The notes beneath the pieces are model-generated. The model made no database searches, was not told the origin of the DNA, and was given only the letters and a program-made list of their open reading frames with translations. The translations under genes and the position numbers were made by a program. Shown piece by piece: positions 26,015 through 37,600 of a DNA stretch of 64,000 nt; within the stretch, counting starts at the first letter, position 1; every line of letters begins with the position of its first letter. The stretch is from Camelus dromedarius (taxonomy: Eukaryota), in the NCBI RefSeq assembly GCF_036321535.1, contig NC_087436.1, positions 73,596,001-73,660,000 of the forward strand. Direction: 5' to 3'.

Positions 26015-27114
26015 GCTGAGGTGCTGGAAGCACAAGTGAAACATTTTTATTCACAGAAATTAACATGTGCTTGTATATATGCAGATGATGTCTTGACCAT
26101 TCTGTTTTTCCCTTATCTATTTAACACCAATGGTGTACTGTGGAAGCAGTAAAGCACAGAGGTGCTGGATGGAGCAGGCTGGGTGTGAAATCCTGAATTT
26201 GACACTTGCTAGCTGTGTGACCTGGGGCAAACTACTTAGCCTCTTTGGGCCTCATTCTTCTCATCTATAAAATTGGGATAATACTAAAGGCTATTTCAAG
26301 GGTGGTTATAAAATATGGATGCAGAAGTGCACATGAAGCATTTAAAATAGTGCATGGAACACGGGCAGCCCTCTGTAAGTTTTTAGCTTTTATTACTACT
26401 CCCATGCTCTGAGCTGGGCACCAAACAGAGATAAATAAAGGTCTGGCTGTGAAGAATTCATAGTCCATTTAAGAGATTAAATAAAAGGAGTGGATTTCTG
26501 CCTCCACTGCTTACTGCTTTATCCCTTACTCACAGTGGTTACTCATTAAAAATGTGCTGAGAGAATCCATAATGGTTGTATGTGTCCTAGAAAATCAAGC
26601 TTTGATGCCACTAAGGTCCTGACTGCATCTTGATCTACATCATCCCAACTGCATCCCAGGCATTAAATACATTTAATCTCCATGCACAGAGCCCCTTGAG
26701 ATATTTTCCAGGGAGTCTGACTCCGCAGGGTGGCAGGTGACTCTGCAGCCGGCTCCAGGACCCACTGGAGATGCACCAGTAATGTTGACCTGGCTAAGGT
26801 GGGCACTCGGGTTGGGTCCAGATGCAGAGCTCAGCTTTCACCTAATTAAGTGTTTTTGTTTGCCCCCATCTCACTGGATAATAATAGCTAATGTGAAAAT
26901 AACTTCTACTATACCTCACACTTGCCATGCTGCAGACACTTGTCCAAGTTCTTTAACTGTATTTGTTCACTCTCACAACAGCATCCTGAGGCAGGAACTA
27001 GTGTTTCTATTTCTATCTTACATATGAGGAAACTGAGACACAGTGAAGCTAAATAATTTGCCCAAAGTCCTGGCTGTGAAATGAAGATCAGGATTCCAGC
27101 CCAAGTCCTTAGGC

Positions 27115-27300
27115 TATGATGGGCTGTACTGTGTTCCCCCACCCCCAAATGCATATGCTGAAGCCCTACCCCACCTGCTCCAATGTAATAATGTTTACAC
27201 CTGGACCTTTGGGAAATAATTAGGTTTAGATGAGGTCCTGAGGCTGGGATATTCATGAAAAGATTAGTGCTCTTATAAGAAGAGACCAGAGAGCTTACTT

Positions 27301-27376
<76 letters not shown>

Positions 27377-27535
27377 TCTCCGCCATGTGAACAAACGGCA
27401 AGAAGTGGCTGTCTGCAGGCTGAGAGCCCTCACCAGAGCCCGACATGCCCAGACTCCAGAACTGTAAGAAATAAATGTCTGCTGCTTAATCTACCTGATC
27501 TACGGTGTTTTGTTATGGGAGGCCAAGCTAAGACA
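27115..27535 (+). mobile_element. MLT1A-like LTR containing a (TC)n microsatellite
   Basis: MLT1A motifs around the (TC)n tract. Confidence 0.8.
27303..27372. repeat. (TC)n microsatellite, ~35 units
   Basis: Read directly; produces the RE/SL-repeat ORFs in the track. Confidence 0.97.
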
Positions 27536-27975
27536 CAGGCCTGCTGTACTGCTCCCAAGACTTGCTCTTCAGGCCCCTTTGTCTATAGATGGTACAGTTC
27601 CAGGTGCTGGGGTGGTGCCGGGGTACTGCTGCGTCTGGGAGCTGCCTTCCTGTCCTGCACAGTGAGACTGTCTACTTTTATTTTCCCATGAAGTCTAGGG
27701 TTTTCCTCTGGCACATCCCTGACCGGCACTCCTGATTCCCCTCCACTACTCAGCCTTCTGTATTGATGCAGGACAACAGCTGGACTGACTGGAAATCTTT
27801 TTTATCATGCATTTCATCAGTAAAAAATTTTGAGTGTGTACTCTATATACATATATATACATATATATTTATCATTTATCAGTTTTAAGCATGTTCTACT
27901 GCATATACAGTATTACATTATAGAACTCACTAAAAATAAATTTTAAAGTATGGGATTTAAGAATATAAAAATTCT

Positions 27976-28065
27976 ATAGCTCAGGGGTAGTGCGCATACT
28001 TAGCATGCATGAGGTCCTGCCTTCAGTCCCCAGTACCTTCATTAGAAAAATAAATAAATAAATAC
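27976..28065 (+). mobile_element. Vic-type SINE
   Basis: tatagctcaggggtag...cccagtacc plus (TAAA)n tail. Confidence 0.8.
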
Positions 28066-28362
28066 ACAGAGAAACCTAATTAACCCCCTAAAATAAAAAA
28101 TAAATTTAAAAAATTTTAATTAAAACAAACAAAAAACAGTTTGAAGTATATAAAAATTTTAAAATCTCTTTCTACTCCACTGGGTCCTGCTGTGCACCCC
28201 CAAGACACAGACATACCACTCAACCCCAGGGACCATCTCATGTTGCCACATCCCCCGAAATAGCTCCCACTCTATCTGATGCCTGAAGGTTGACTAAGCC
28301 CTGAATCCATAAATTAATAAATCAGAGGGTAGGCATCTCCCTTTGGGCCCCTCAAGACTTAC

Positions 28363-28451
28363 CTGCTGCCGCCGGAGCGCGCTAAGACAGGCAGGAGGCT
28401 CCATCAGAAAGCAACACCAACCAGGCATTCTCTTGACCCCACAAAATGCCC
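28363..28451 (-). other. Candidate 5' exon of the U90926-like gene
   Basis: Perfect donor CAG|GTAAGT (GT at 28362-28361), local CpG retention, possible acceptor ttctttaccag| at 28452. The 5' boundary is uncertain. Confidence 0.55.
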
Positions 28452-31400
28452 CTGGTAAAGAATTCTGTGGCTTTGTGTGTTTTCTAGACTAGTTGTCTTA
28501 CAAAACATGATGTCAGGTAGGGGAGCAAAGTCTGTCTTCAGGATTCGGTTTTGAGAGAATTGCTTACCCCTGGCTTTGCAGCCAACCACATGCCCCTCCT
28601 GCACATAATTATACAGAGGCTGGAGGGAGCGTGCACTTCAGAAGCTGGGTGAGCCCGCGGGTACGGTACACAGGTACACAGACGCACAGACCGTGAATTC
28701 CTCACTGTCAGAGAACCCCACAGAGACAGAACCAAATCTAGTAGACAAGAGACATTTGAAATGTTCTGTGTGTCAGTGTTATTCTTTTCAAAATAAAAAC
28801 CTACCGTTGTTGTCAGAGAAAAATGCAAGGCCCACGTCAAATTCTAATTAAATGAACCCAAGTTACATCCCATCTTCTGTGCTGGCCTTCGCCTCAGATA
28901 TCCCTTTGTTATTCAAAGATTTTTTTTTCCTTTACAAATATTTTATTAATTATAAAACATAATAGGGGTAAGAAAGATACATGAGTATCAGCATAACTTA
29001 CAAACGAAAAAACAGCATTTTGGTGTCATAATTTTCTATAACACAATAACTTGCTAATGTGATATCTTGATTAATCATTAGGATTTTCTATGCTCAATTT
29101 TCTGCAAATACATTTATTGGGTCATCAAATTTTATACTTTTAGTAACTTCATTTTTTTTTCTTATTAGGAGGTTCACTCGGGATTTTAAATGCCAAAAAA
29201 ATCTATCAAATCATTGTATATTTTTTATATTTGATAAAACATATTATTTGCTGATATATGTTTCTATTAATTAATATGACTTTGTAGCTACTGCAAAGTG
29301 TTAGACCTGTCATTTCTTTATTTTATTTTATTTTTTATTGAGGTATAGTTGATTTACTGTTATTCAGAGATTTACAATCAAAATGGTGTTAATGGTAAAA
29401 ATTCTTCCGCTTCAAGAGGTGAGCAATACTTGCTTCTCATTTCCTATGTTGCTTCCTATAAATGCCAGAAAAACACACAGCTCCAGTGTTACACTTGGTG
29501 GGCACACAGAAATGTACCAGAAAGTGGACACACACACAGGCCGCAAGGGAAGTTCTTCCAACAGATTTCTAGAGCGCAAACTTGTATCCTGCACACATGT
29601 ACAATACACTTACATGTACTTCAGTCCCATATTCCTGCTGCAAAACCTATTTAGCTATTGCATGTGTTCTTTTAATACCCTACTAGCTTCAGTTCATAAC
29701 GATTTTATAGATTTCGTGAAGAGTTTTGCATTCATATTTGTAAGTGAGATCAATCTGTGAGATTATTATGTCTTTGGTTTCGGCAAGAGATTTTCAACCT
29801 TTGTGAAATGACTAAGAATCTTCCCCACTTTCTCTGTGCTAACTTACATTGGTATTAAACACATATGTTTCCTTACATTTTCCTAGTCAGATGTGGCTAT
29901 CCTCAAAGGACATTCAGGTCTGCCGGGCTTGTGTGAGGACTGTAGTACTAATGCTATTCTTAACCTGCTTGAGCTGCAAGAGAGTGGAAGACAGTCACCT
30001 CCTTGCCCTGAGGCAGACTGTCTTAGACAAAAATTTTGATGACTAGGCCAATAACAGTGACAGTCTTGTGAAATAATTAAACTCACCTTGTAAGACTGAG
30101 GGCTCTTTAACAGCTCTGTTACTTGTTGAAGAAAGCACCACTGGTCACAAATTTGAAAATGGCACTTTGGATGTAAGAGTTGTTGGTGGTAACAGCACAG
30201 AGTATAGACATCATGTTTTTCCCTTACATGCGTGCTTCCCAACCAGATTTCCAGGTATCTTAACTTTTATTTCACAAAACAAAATGTAAATATTTTGCTT
30301 ATAGATTACATCTACATATATGTACATGTTCTGTAGATGTATTTACGTGTAATACGTATTTTTACATTATATTTCTTTCTTTGGAGGAGATAGTCTGTAA
30401 AAAATCAAACCGGTAGACTGTCAAAGGTCAGATTTCGGGAATAGTGGCAGCCACATCACAGAGTCCCCTCCCATCTCGCCTCAATATTTGTCTCTCCCCA
30501 CCTCAGACACCTTGCGTTCTCAGTTATGGCTTGTTAATCTTTAATAAGATTTTAAAAACAGCATTATTTCTTCCTGTTTTAAAAAAATACAAATCTGGCT
30601 AATTTATTTTGGCCAAGGAGAGAATACCAGAAGAGTCCTGGTTCTAGTGTGGTCTCGGAGAACAGGTAAACTTGGAAACTCCAATTCTAATTCACAGTGA
30701 AAAGAGGAGGAGAGGATGGGGAAGACCGATAATACTTATGATGTGGACGTGGCAATGTGAATTATTAACCATTGCCTGAGACACGATGTGCTCTTTTCGG
30801 AGTCTAATATGGGTCTAGGAGGGCTCAGGAGTTTCTGCAGGATGGATTCTCCAGCAGTCTTGTTCCAGATTTCAACGGCCCCGTGAAAAAGGAAATGCGT
30901 GTCCCTGTGCTTGTAGTGTTGAGCACCGGAGGGTTTATCAAAATACAACTTATTCTTGCTTGCGAGGGGAAACACTGATCAGGAAGCTGGTTTCCAGCGT
31001 TGGAGGACCATCAACTTCAGCGACTTCTCCAAATGTCTGTGTGGAGGAGGGGGCGCTGCGTGAGCTTTGCCCCCGTTTGCTCGGTTCAAAGTTAGAATTA
31101 TTGTTTATGCAACCAACCTTTCAGGTTAAGAGAGATCATTTGCCACATATTTGAAATAGAGCATGTTTTGTAGTTGTGCGCGAAGCTTTAAACGGACAGC
31201 CTATTTTTATCACTACAAGCACTGGATTTGCAAGCGTAGTTCTGTCAGACTTCGTCTTTTCAGACTTGCTCTTTTAAGTTACGTGAAGAGCGACTTGCTG
31301 AACTGCGCCAGATAGCACAGCAACGTCATTCGCTCCAAACCCTTGAAGGAAGGCGCTAATTTATGTTGTTTGTCTTTAAATCTGTTGAGCGTCTTAACCT

Positions 31401-31464
31401 AAGTCTTACTGGAACTGCACGGCTAACAATATAGGAAAAGGAGGAATTAAATGAGGTAACAAAA

Positions 31465-31505
31465 GGGGTGGGGAATATGTAGATGAGTGCAGTGACTGCT
31501 GGTCA
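31465..31505 (+). promoter_or_regulatory. U1 distal sequence element (GT box, octamer ATGTAGAT, SPH-like site)
   Basis: GGGGTGGGG at 31465-31473; ATGTAGAT at 31477-31484 (-219 to -212, the octamer variant of human U1); TGCAGTGACTGCTGGTCA at 31488-31505 resembles a reverse ZNF143/Staf site. Confidence 0.75.
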
Positions 31506-31633
31506 TGCCCGCGCTACACATACATTTCCTAAGATTTTGGCAACCTTCAGATATAAAAATATTGCTACATGAAAATATCGCTTGGCAACTCTTTATTCCA
31601 GAAATAAGGGTGTCTAGAGGCTACATAAGAAAA

Positions 31634-31653
31634 GTGATCCTATGTTAAGAGTG
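31634..31653 (+). promoter_or_regulatory. U1 proximal sequence element (SNAPc site)
   Basis: GTGATCCTATGTTAAGAGTG at -62 to -43, similar in sequence and position to the human U1 PSE (GTGACCGTGTGTGTAAAGAGTG). Confidence 0.75.
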
Positions 31654-31695
31654 ACTTGAATTCGATGGTTAGGTGCCGGGGAAAAACGTCAACTC

Positions 31696-31859
31696 ATACT
31701 TACCTGGCAGGGGAGATACCATGATCACGAAGGTGGTTTTCCCAGGGCGAGGCTCACCCATTGCACTGCGGGTGTGCTGACCCCTGCGATTTCCCCAAAT
31801 GTGGGAAACTCGACTGTATAATTTGTGGTAGTGGGGGACTGCGTTCGCGCTCTCCCCTG
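31696..31859 (+). ncRNA. RNU1: U1 snRNA, full-length 164-nt variant
   Basis: ATACTTACCTGGCAGGGGAGATACCATGATCACGAAGG...AATTTGTGG (Sm site)...GCGTTCGCGCTCTCCCCTG. Intact 5' splice-site recognition end, U1-70K loop and AUUGCAC U1A loop; no polyA tail. Confidence 0.98.
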
Positions 31860-31869
31860 ATTTTATGTT

Positions 31870-31882
31870 GTTTAATATAAGA
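31870..31882 (+). terminator. snRNA 3' box
   Basis: GTTTAATATAAGA starts 11 nt past the U1 3' end; one mismatch to GTTT-N0-3-AAARNNAGA. Confidence 0.7.
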
Positions 31883-32039
31883 AAAGTTCTATATGCTTTG
31901 TTAGTAGGTTTGTTCTGGCTTGTGAGATAGCTTACTCGATTCAGGTTTTTGTGATTGTGGTTTTTTTTTAGACGGATTTTGTGATTTTACGAAATCTGAA
32001 TGGGTAATTGTTATTTCGTAGTACTTGTGCATTTGCTTT

Positions 32040-32594
32040 ACAATGTTTTTAAAACTTCAGTATAGTTGGTATACGGTAGTCTGCTGCAGGTGTGTATGTA
32101 TAATACAGTGATTTATAATTTTAAAGATTGTATATGTTGTTTATAGTTACAAAATATTGGCTGTGTTCCCTGGGTTGTGCAATACATCCGTGTAGTTTAT
32201 AAACTTTAAAAAAAAATTTTTATTGTTATATTTATTTTATAATGTGTTAAATTCCACTGTAGAGCATAATTATGCAGTTATACATAACCATACATATATT
32301 CATTGTCACCGCCCCTACACCCGGGCTGTGAGCTACCACAAGATCTTGTATACATTTCCCTGTGCTATACCGTATAATCTTGTTTATCTATTCTACATTT
32401 TGAAATCCCCCTGTCCCTTCCCACGCCCCTCCCCCTTGGCAATTTTGTAGCTTGTATTATACCTGTTAGTTTATACCTTTTAATCTGCTTCCCACTCCCT
32501 ACTGGTAACCACTAGTTTCTTTTCTACATCTGAGTCTCTTTTGTTATATTCACTACCTCTGTTGTATGTTTTAGATTCCACATGTAGTTGATAT
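32040..32594 (-). mobile_element. Nested L1 3' UTR fragments
   Basis: ttccctgtgctatac and ttagattccacatgt L1 3' hallmarks in reverse. Confidence 0.7.
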
Positions 32595-33008
32595 TGTTAC
32601 GGAAACGACAGGCCAGTCAAGAAACAAGCACCACTCGGAGGGTTGGAGTACTCAGATGTATTACGCCAGTGGGCTCAGAGGGTCTTCTGCTCCGAAGCTC
32701 TGAGCACCTCCAAGACATGCGCATGAGGTTTTATAGGGTAAAGTACAAGCTTGGGGTATTTGGCCAATAGGCATAGAACAGCTTTAGCAGCATTATCATT
32801 ACAAAAGTGGAGGTGGGGAGGCAGGAAACCAACATTCCAAAGCCAGATATGTATCTTTGAAAATCCAGCTGGCTAGCAAAAACACATAAACAGCAAACCA
32901 ACACTAATTAATTTAGATTTACAAGTTAGTCCAGCACAACTCAGATCAGTATTCCAATACTTAGACTTGTTAGTTATCTTGTTAGACCAGCCCAGCTTTT
33001 CCTTCACA
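32595..33008 (-). mobile_element. Young ERV1-like solo LTR
   Basis: TG...CA termini with a perfect 4-bp TSD atat; CpGs retained. Confidence 0.8.
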
Positions 33009-34404
33009 ATATCAACTGTATTTCAATTAAAAAGCAACCAACCAACGCACCCATGAGAACTGAACATTTTTCCAAAAGAGGAAATGCAGATGGCCAGCAG
33101 GAACATCAACATCACTAATATCAGGGAAATGCATATCAAAATCATGATATCTCGCACCTGTCAGAATGGCCATCATCAAAAACACAAATAACAAATGTTG
33201 GCAAGGATATGGAGAAAAGGGAACTTTTGTCTCTCCATCTCAACTCTTAAATCACACCTACCAAGTTTTTTTCCCACCAAGTAACACACAGGTTCCAGAG
33301 ATTGGGATGTGGACATTTTTCGTGGGCCATTATTCAGCGTACTACATCAGTAAAACCTGCAGAAAAATGTGGCATGAGCTATGGAATGACGTCACTAAAA
33401 GGGGCTTGAAATATGTAAATGAGCACAGTGTCTGCTAGCCTTGTTCCCATCGTACATGTATCTATGATTTTTGCAAATATTCTGGGATCCAAAATATTCT
33501 CTGGATTTTACAGTTTGAAGAAGTCTTTCTTTTTGTAAGTGATAGTCTAGAGCTTGCCTTGAAGAAAGTTACCATATGTGTGGAGTGTTGGAAATATGAA
33601 GGTAAGCAGTGGCAGGCAGTACTCGACCAAGATGACTGGTAGCACACGCGGGTGGGTGTGTTAAAAGAGGAGTATCGGAAGAGCATCTAAGCCTAACCTA
33701 CGCTAAAAGTACTGGTTAAAAGTTGAAGGCTTGCAAGAAATGGGTTTGTTCATCTGGGTGCTTGAAAAAACACGTAGCAGGTTTTTCAACAGGTGCGAGT
33801 GCTGCAGGGTTAACTCTCAAGAATAACCCTTCATCAAGTCAATGTTTGATCGATGCATGAACCTTTAAGGACAGATAAAGGCAATGGCTTCCAAGAGTGG
33901 GTCCTGATAGTGCTATTGAGCCTCCTCCAAAGCGTCAATGTCTGAATCAGAACCCGGTTCCTCTCACTTAGATGATCCTGCTGGTGTACTGTCAGAAGGT
34001 TTAAAGGAGCCTCACATCTCATGGCTTACCTACCTGCCACACATCGGCTGCCTCACCAGCTCGGCACTATAGGCGCCAGACAGCCGTTGTCACATCGTCA
34101 TGCTAAGGTTATCAAGACAGAAGAACCAGGGTTCTGGTGAGTGTTAGCACTGTGTGTGTGTGTGAGAGAGAGAGGGAATGAGTTTATATTTTCTCTGTTT
34201 ATAATTATATTTTGTGTGTACTTGTATTTTAAATATTCTGTGTTTTATTCTTTGTGTCTCTCTTTCAGTTCACTAAACAAAAGCATCTGTAAGATTTGAA
34301 AGAAAGAAAATGTTATTTTGTTGCTGACATGTATTAGGCCAATGATGGTTGCCTCTGTACTGAATATGTATAGACTTTTTAAAAAACACCTTTATTGTGA
34401 TATA

Positions 34405-34646
34405 ATTCCTGTACAGACTTTTCTGTTTTATTTCCTAAACAATAAGGTATAACAACTATTTACCTAGCATTTATATTGTATTAGGTATTATAAGTAATCT
34501 AGAGATGATTTAAAGTATACAGGGAGGATGTGTGTAGGTTATATGCAAATACTAGGCCATTTTATATAAAGGACTTGAGCATCCTCAGATTTTGGTATCT
34601 GCAGGGGTCCTGGAACCAATCCCCACGATACCGAGGGGCGATGGTA
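34405..34646. mobile_element. MER2-like Tigger fragment
   Basis: gtaatctagagatgatttaaagtatac...tcctggaaccaatcccc. Confidence 0.8.
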
Positions 34647-37600
34647 CTTCTGAGAATCTATGCAGAGTCACAGTTCTTAAACCTGGCTACATATTAGAAC
34701 CATCCCAGGCATTTTAAAAATGCTGATGCTCTTGTTCCTCCCACCATCAAAAATGTCAGTTCAGTTGGTCTGAGGTGGGACTTTGGTGTATTTAAGGTCC
34801 ACAGATGATTTTAAAGTAGAGCCAGGGCTGGAAAGTTCTGGGTAGTCATTTCTATCCAGGACCCAGGAAAATCAGCTGTCAAGATGCATGTAACATACCC
34901 TTTATTAGCCATGTAAATATTTGCATTACCAAGTCCTCTATTTGTTCTCAGTGTTTTGATCATGAAACTGTAATTCACAGCCCCAAAGGCATCTGCTATA
35001 CTGTCAGATATATTTTATTATTTTTAACAGCCCCCTCCCAGGAATAGCAAACACTGTTTCAAAGGAGTGAGAATCTCATGAGGACTGAAATCCAAGCTGT
35101 CTTGTTCTCTTCTGTTTCCCCAGTGCCTGGAACCAAAGTGATACTTAAGATTATTAAGTAGGGGTATGAACAGAGGATGTTAAGACCATATATTTGTCAA
35201 CTGAACTCAAATATATTTAATGGTAGAATCAAGATTAGAAATATCTGTGTGTGAGAATGCTGAGCTGGGTCTAATCACTTAAGTGATGACCACCTCGCCA
35301 AGTCTGGCAGAGACTGCAGGCTGCATACCCCTCCCCGATATTCTTATTCCTTTCTTCCTTTGTCGTAAAACCCCAGATTCTTAGCCAGGCATATGACCTA
35401 CCAGAGAAAAAGAGATTCAGTTTCCTAGATCCCTTTGCATTTTCCTGGTATCTCTTAAAATGGTGATAATGATGAAAAATGACATTCCACTTGGGAATAA
35501 GATAATGATATAAACATTTTTAATGAAGCATTGCCGTTTTATCCAGGATACTGAAAAGGGTACACCATGGTAAAAGAAGCAGAGGAATTGTGTCTTTGAT
35601 TATCAGCTGTGGTGTTAAACAGTGCCTGGGGGAAGAAGCTGTGTTTGGCTGTGAAGTTCCTGCAGAACTTCATGAATCATGAATCTCCCCGCCTGTTGGG
35701 GGTGAAAGGGCCTGATGGGTTAGGAGTCAAAGGAGGAGCCATTTCTGTTACGGGTGGGAAAGATGGCATGGGGATGATGGTGGTCCGTCTGTTCATTGGT
35801 TGTTTCCTCTGATAAAACAAAAATCAGGACATGCATGACTGGGACATTGTGCTGTACACCAGAGATTGACACATTGTAATTAACCGTACTTCAATTAAAA
35901 AAAAAAATCAAGACAAAAATAATTTATAACTGGTCAACATATAAATATTATATAGCTATTACTTGCATAAGAAAAATATTTTTAAGTTTATATAGGTAAG
36001 GGGAGCATTTTCAATTATTACCATATATATATTTTTTAGTTTTACTAACTGATTATCAACTTCCTCTAGTTCTCTGTATGTAAATGACAGCTAATCCATG
36101 AAATTTCAAATCTTTGTATTTGATCTTTAAAAAGAAAATCAAGTACTCCCTTCCCATACTCGTTGTTCCAGCCAATCCTTTTGGGAGGAACAATCAGAAG
36201 AGTTGGATCCCTTAAAAATTTTAAGCATAGTTGTGAGGGTAGCAGAGTTCTAAGAAAGTGAGGCTTTAAGGACTCAAGATTGTGGGGAGGCAAGAATCTC
36301 AGGGAGACATTTGGCTGTAACCCTCTCAAGGCAATTGGCGAGCCTGGAAGTTGTGTCTGAAAAAGGCTAAGAAGCAGAGCAGAACTTCTGACAAACTCAC
36401 AGGGCTGGGGGATAAAAATTAAAGTTCAGGAGCTGCCAGAGAGGAGATTGCTAAGTGACCCCCAAAGGCCTCACCCTGGGAGTCAGAGTGAACCAGGGGA
36501 CTTGTTCTAATCATCTCAGTCTCCAGATGGATCCAGGTGGTCTGTGAACGTTGTGCCCACCACCCATGTGCCCAAGAGAAACAAAAGGAAATCCTCTCCA
36601 GAGGAAGACAGCTTCATCCAGAACCTCACGTTGTCTCTGCAGTTTTCACAAGCAATGTTCACTGCTCACTCAAAAACAACTAGGCTAAAAAAAAGGATCC
36701 AAAGGAAGTGGTAGGGAATGAGACTCAACGGACAATGAAAAGGAAAAGTAGATCACAGATGCAGACCCTCAGGAGATCCAAGTAATGGAGCTACCAGACA
36801 CCGACTTTAAAATAACTGTGATCAAAACGGTCAAGGAATTAAAAGATAAGATGTTGACTTTGGCATCAAATGGACATTTTAGAACTGAAAAATAGAAGGA
36901 AATAGAATAATTTTAAGAAATTATGAGTTCTTAAATAATTTTCTCTTACATATATTTTTAGATATAAATATATATGTATATTTTTAAAGTTGAAGTTCCT
37001 TCTTAGATATTTTTAAAAGGAAACGTCATGGAAATTTGAAATTATTGGTTAATAACAATCTTCAACATTTTCAAGAAATTATAATTCTTTTCAAACAGAT
37101 TCACAAGTTCTAGTTCTCCTATTAATTAAAAATTTTGTACTCATATTCATACCTGTGAGAGATAATCACTATTAACATTTTAGTAAACTATATACACTTC
37201 TAGTTTTTAAAATTAGTTTATGAATATAAATATTTTTAGAAAATTATTTGCCTAAAAAGTAGGTTTCTATTCCTTTATATTTAATAGTTATTATAAATAG
37301 TTCCTATGTCATTAAGGTTTTTAGAACAAGATTTTGAAAGGCTAAATAATATTCCACTGTATAGCTATATCATAATTTCTTTAACTATTATACTATTGTT
37401 AAAATTTTATTTCTGTTTTTTAGTATTTTAAATAATAAAGTAAACGTCTGACCATAGGAAAAACACCCAACAATTCTGTTAGCCAATATTATGATGACGA
37501 AACTCTCAAATGTGATTTTATATTTCTGATGTCTTTCCTTTTATTTTCCTGAACCTTCATTCTTCTTTCAAGTGTTGATATAGATAGAAAAAATCAAGAA

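Noticed and set aside
25958..26023. SCPP (casein/enamel) family assignment for the microprotein
   Set aside because: The signal exon with a phase-0 intron resembles SCPP genes, but the later introns are phase 1 and there is no SxE or Pro/Gln-rich content.
26909..27691. 174-aa and 130-aa ORFs with RE/SL repeats
   Set aside because: Artefacts of the (TC)n microsatellite within MLT1A and MIR sequence.
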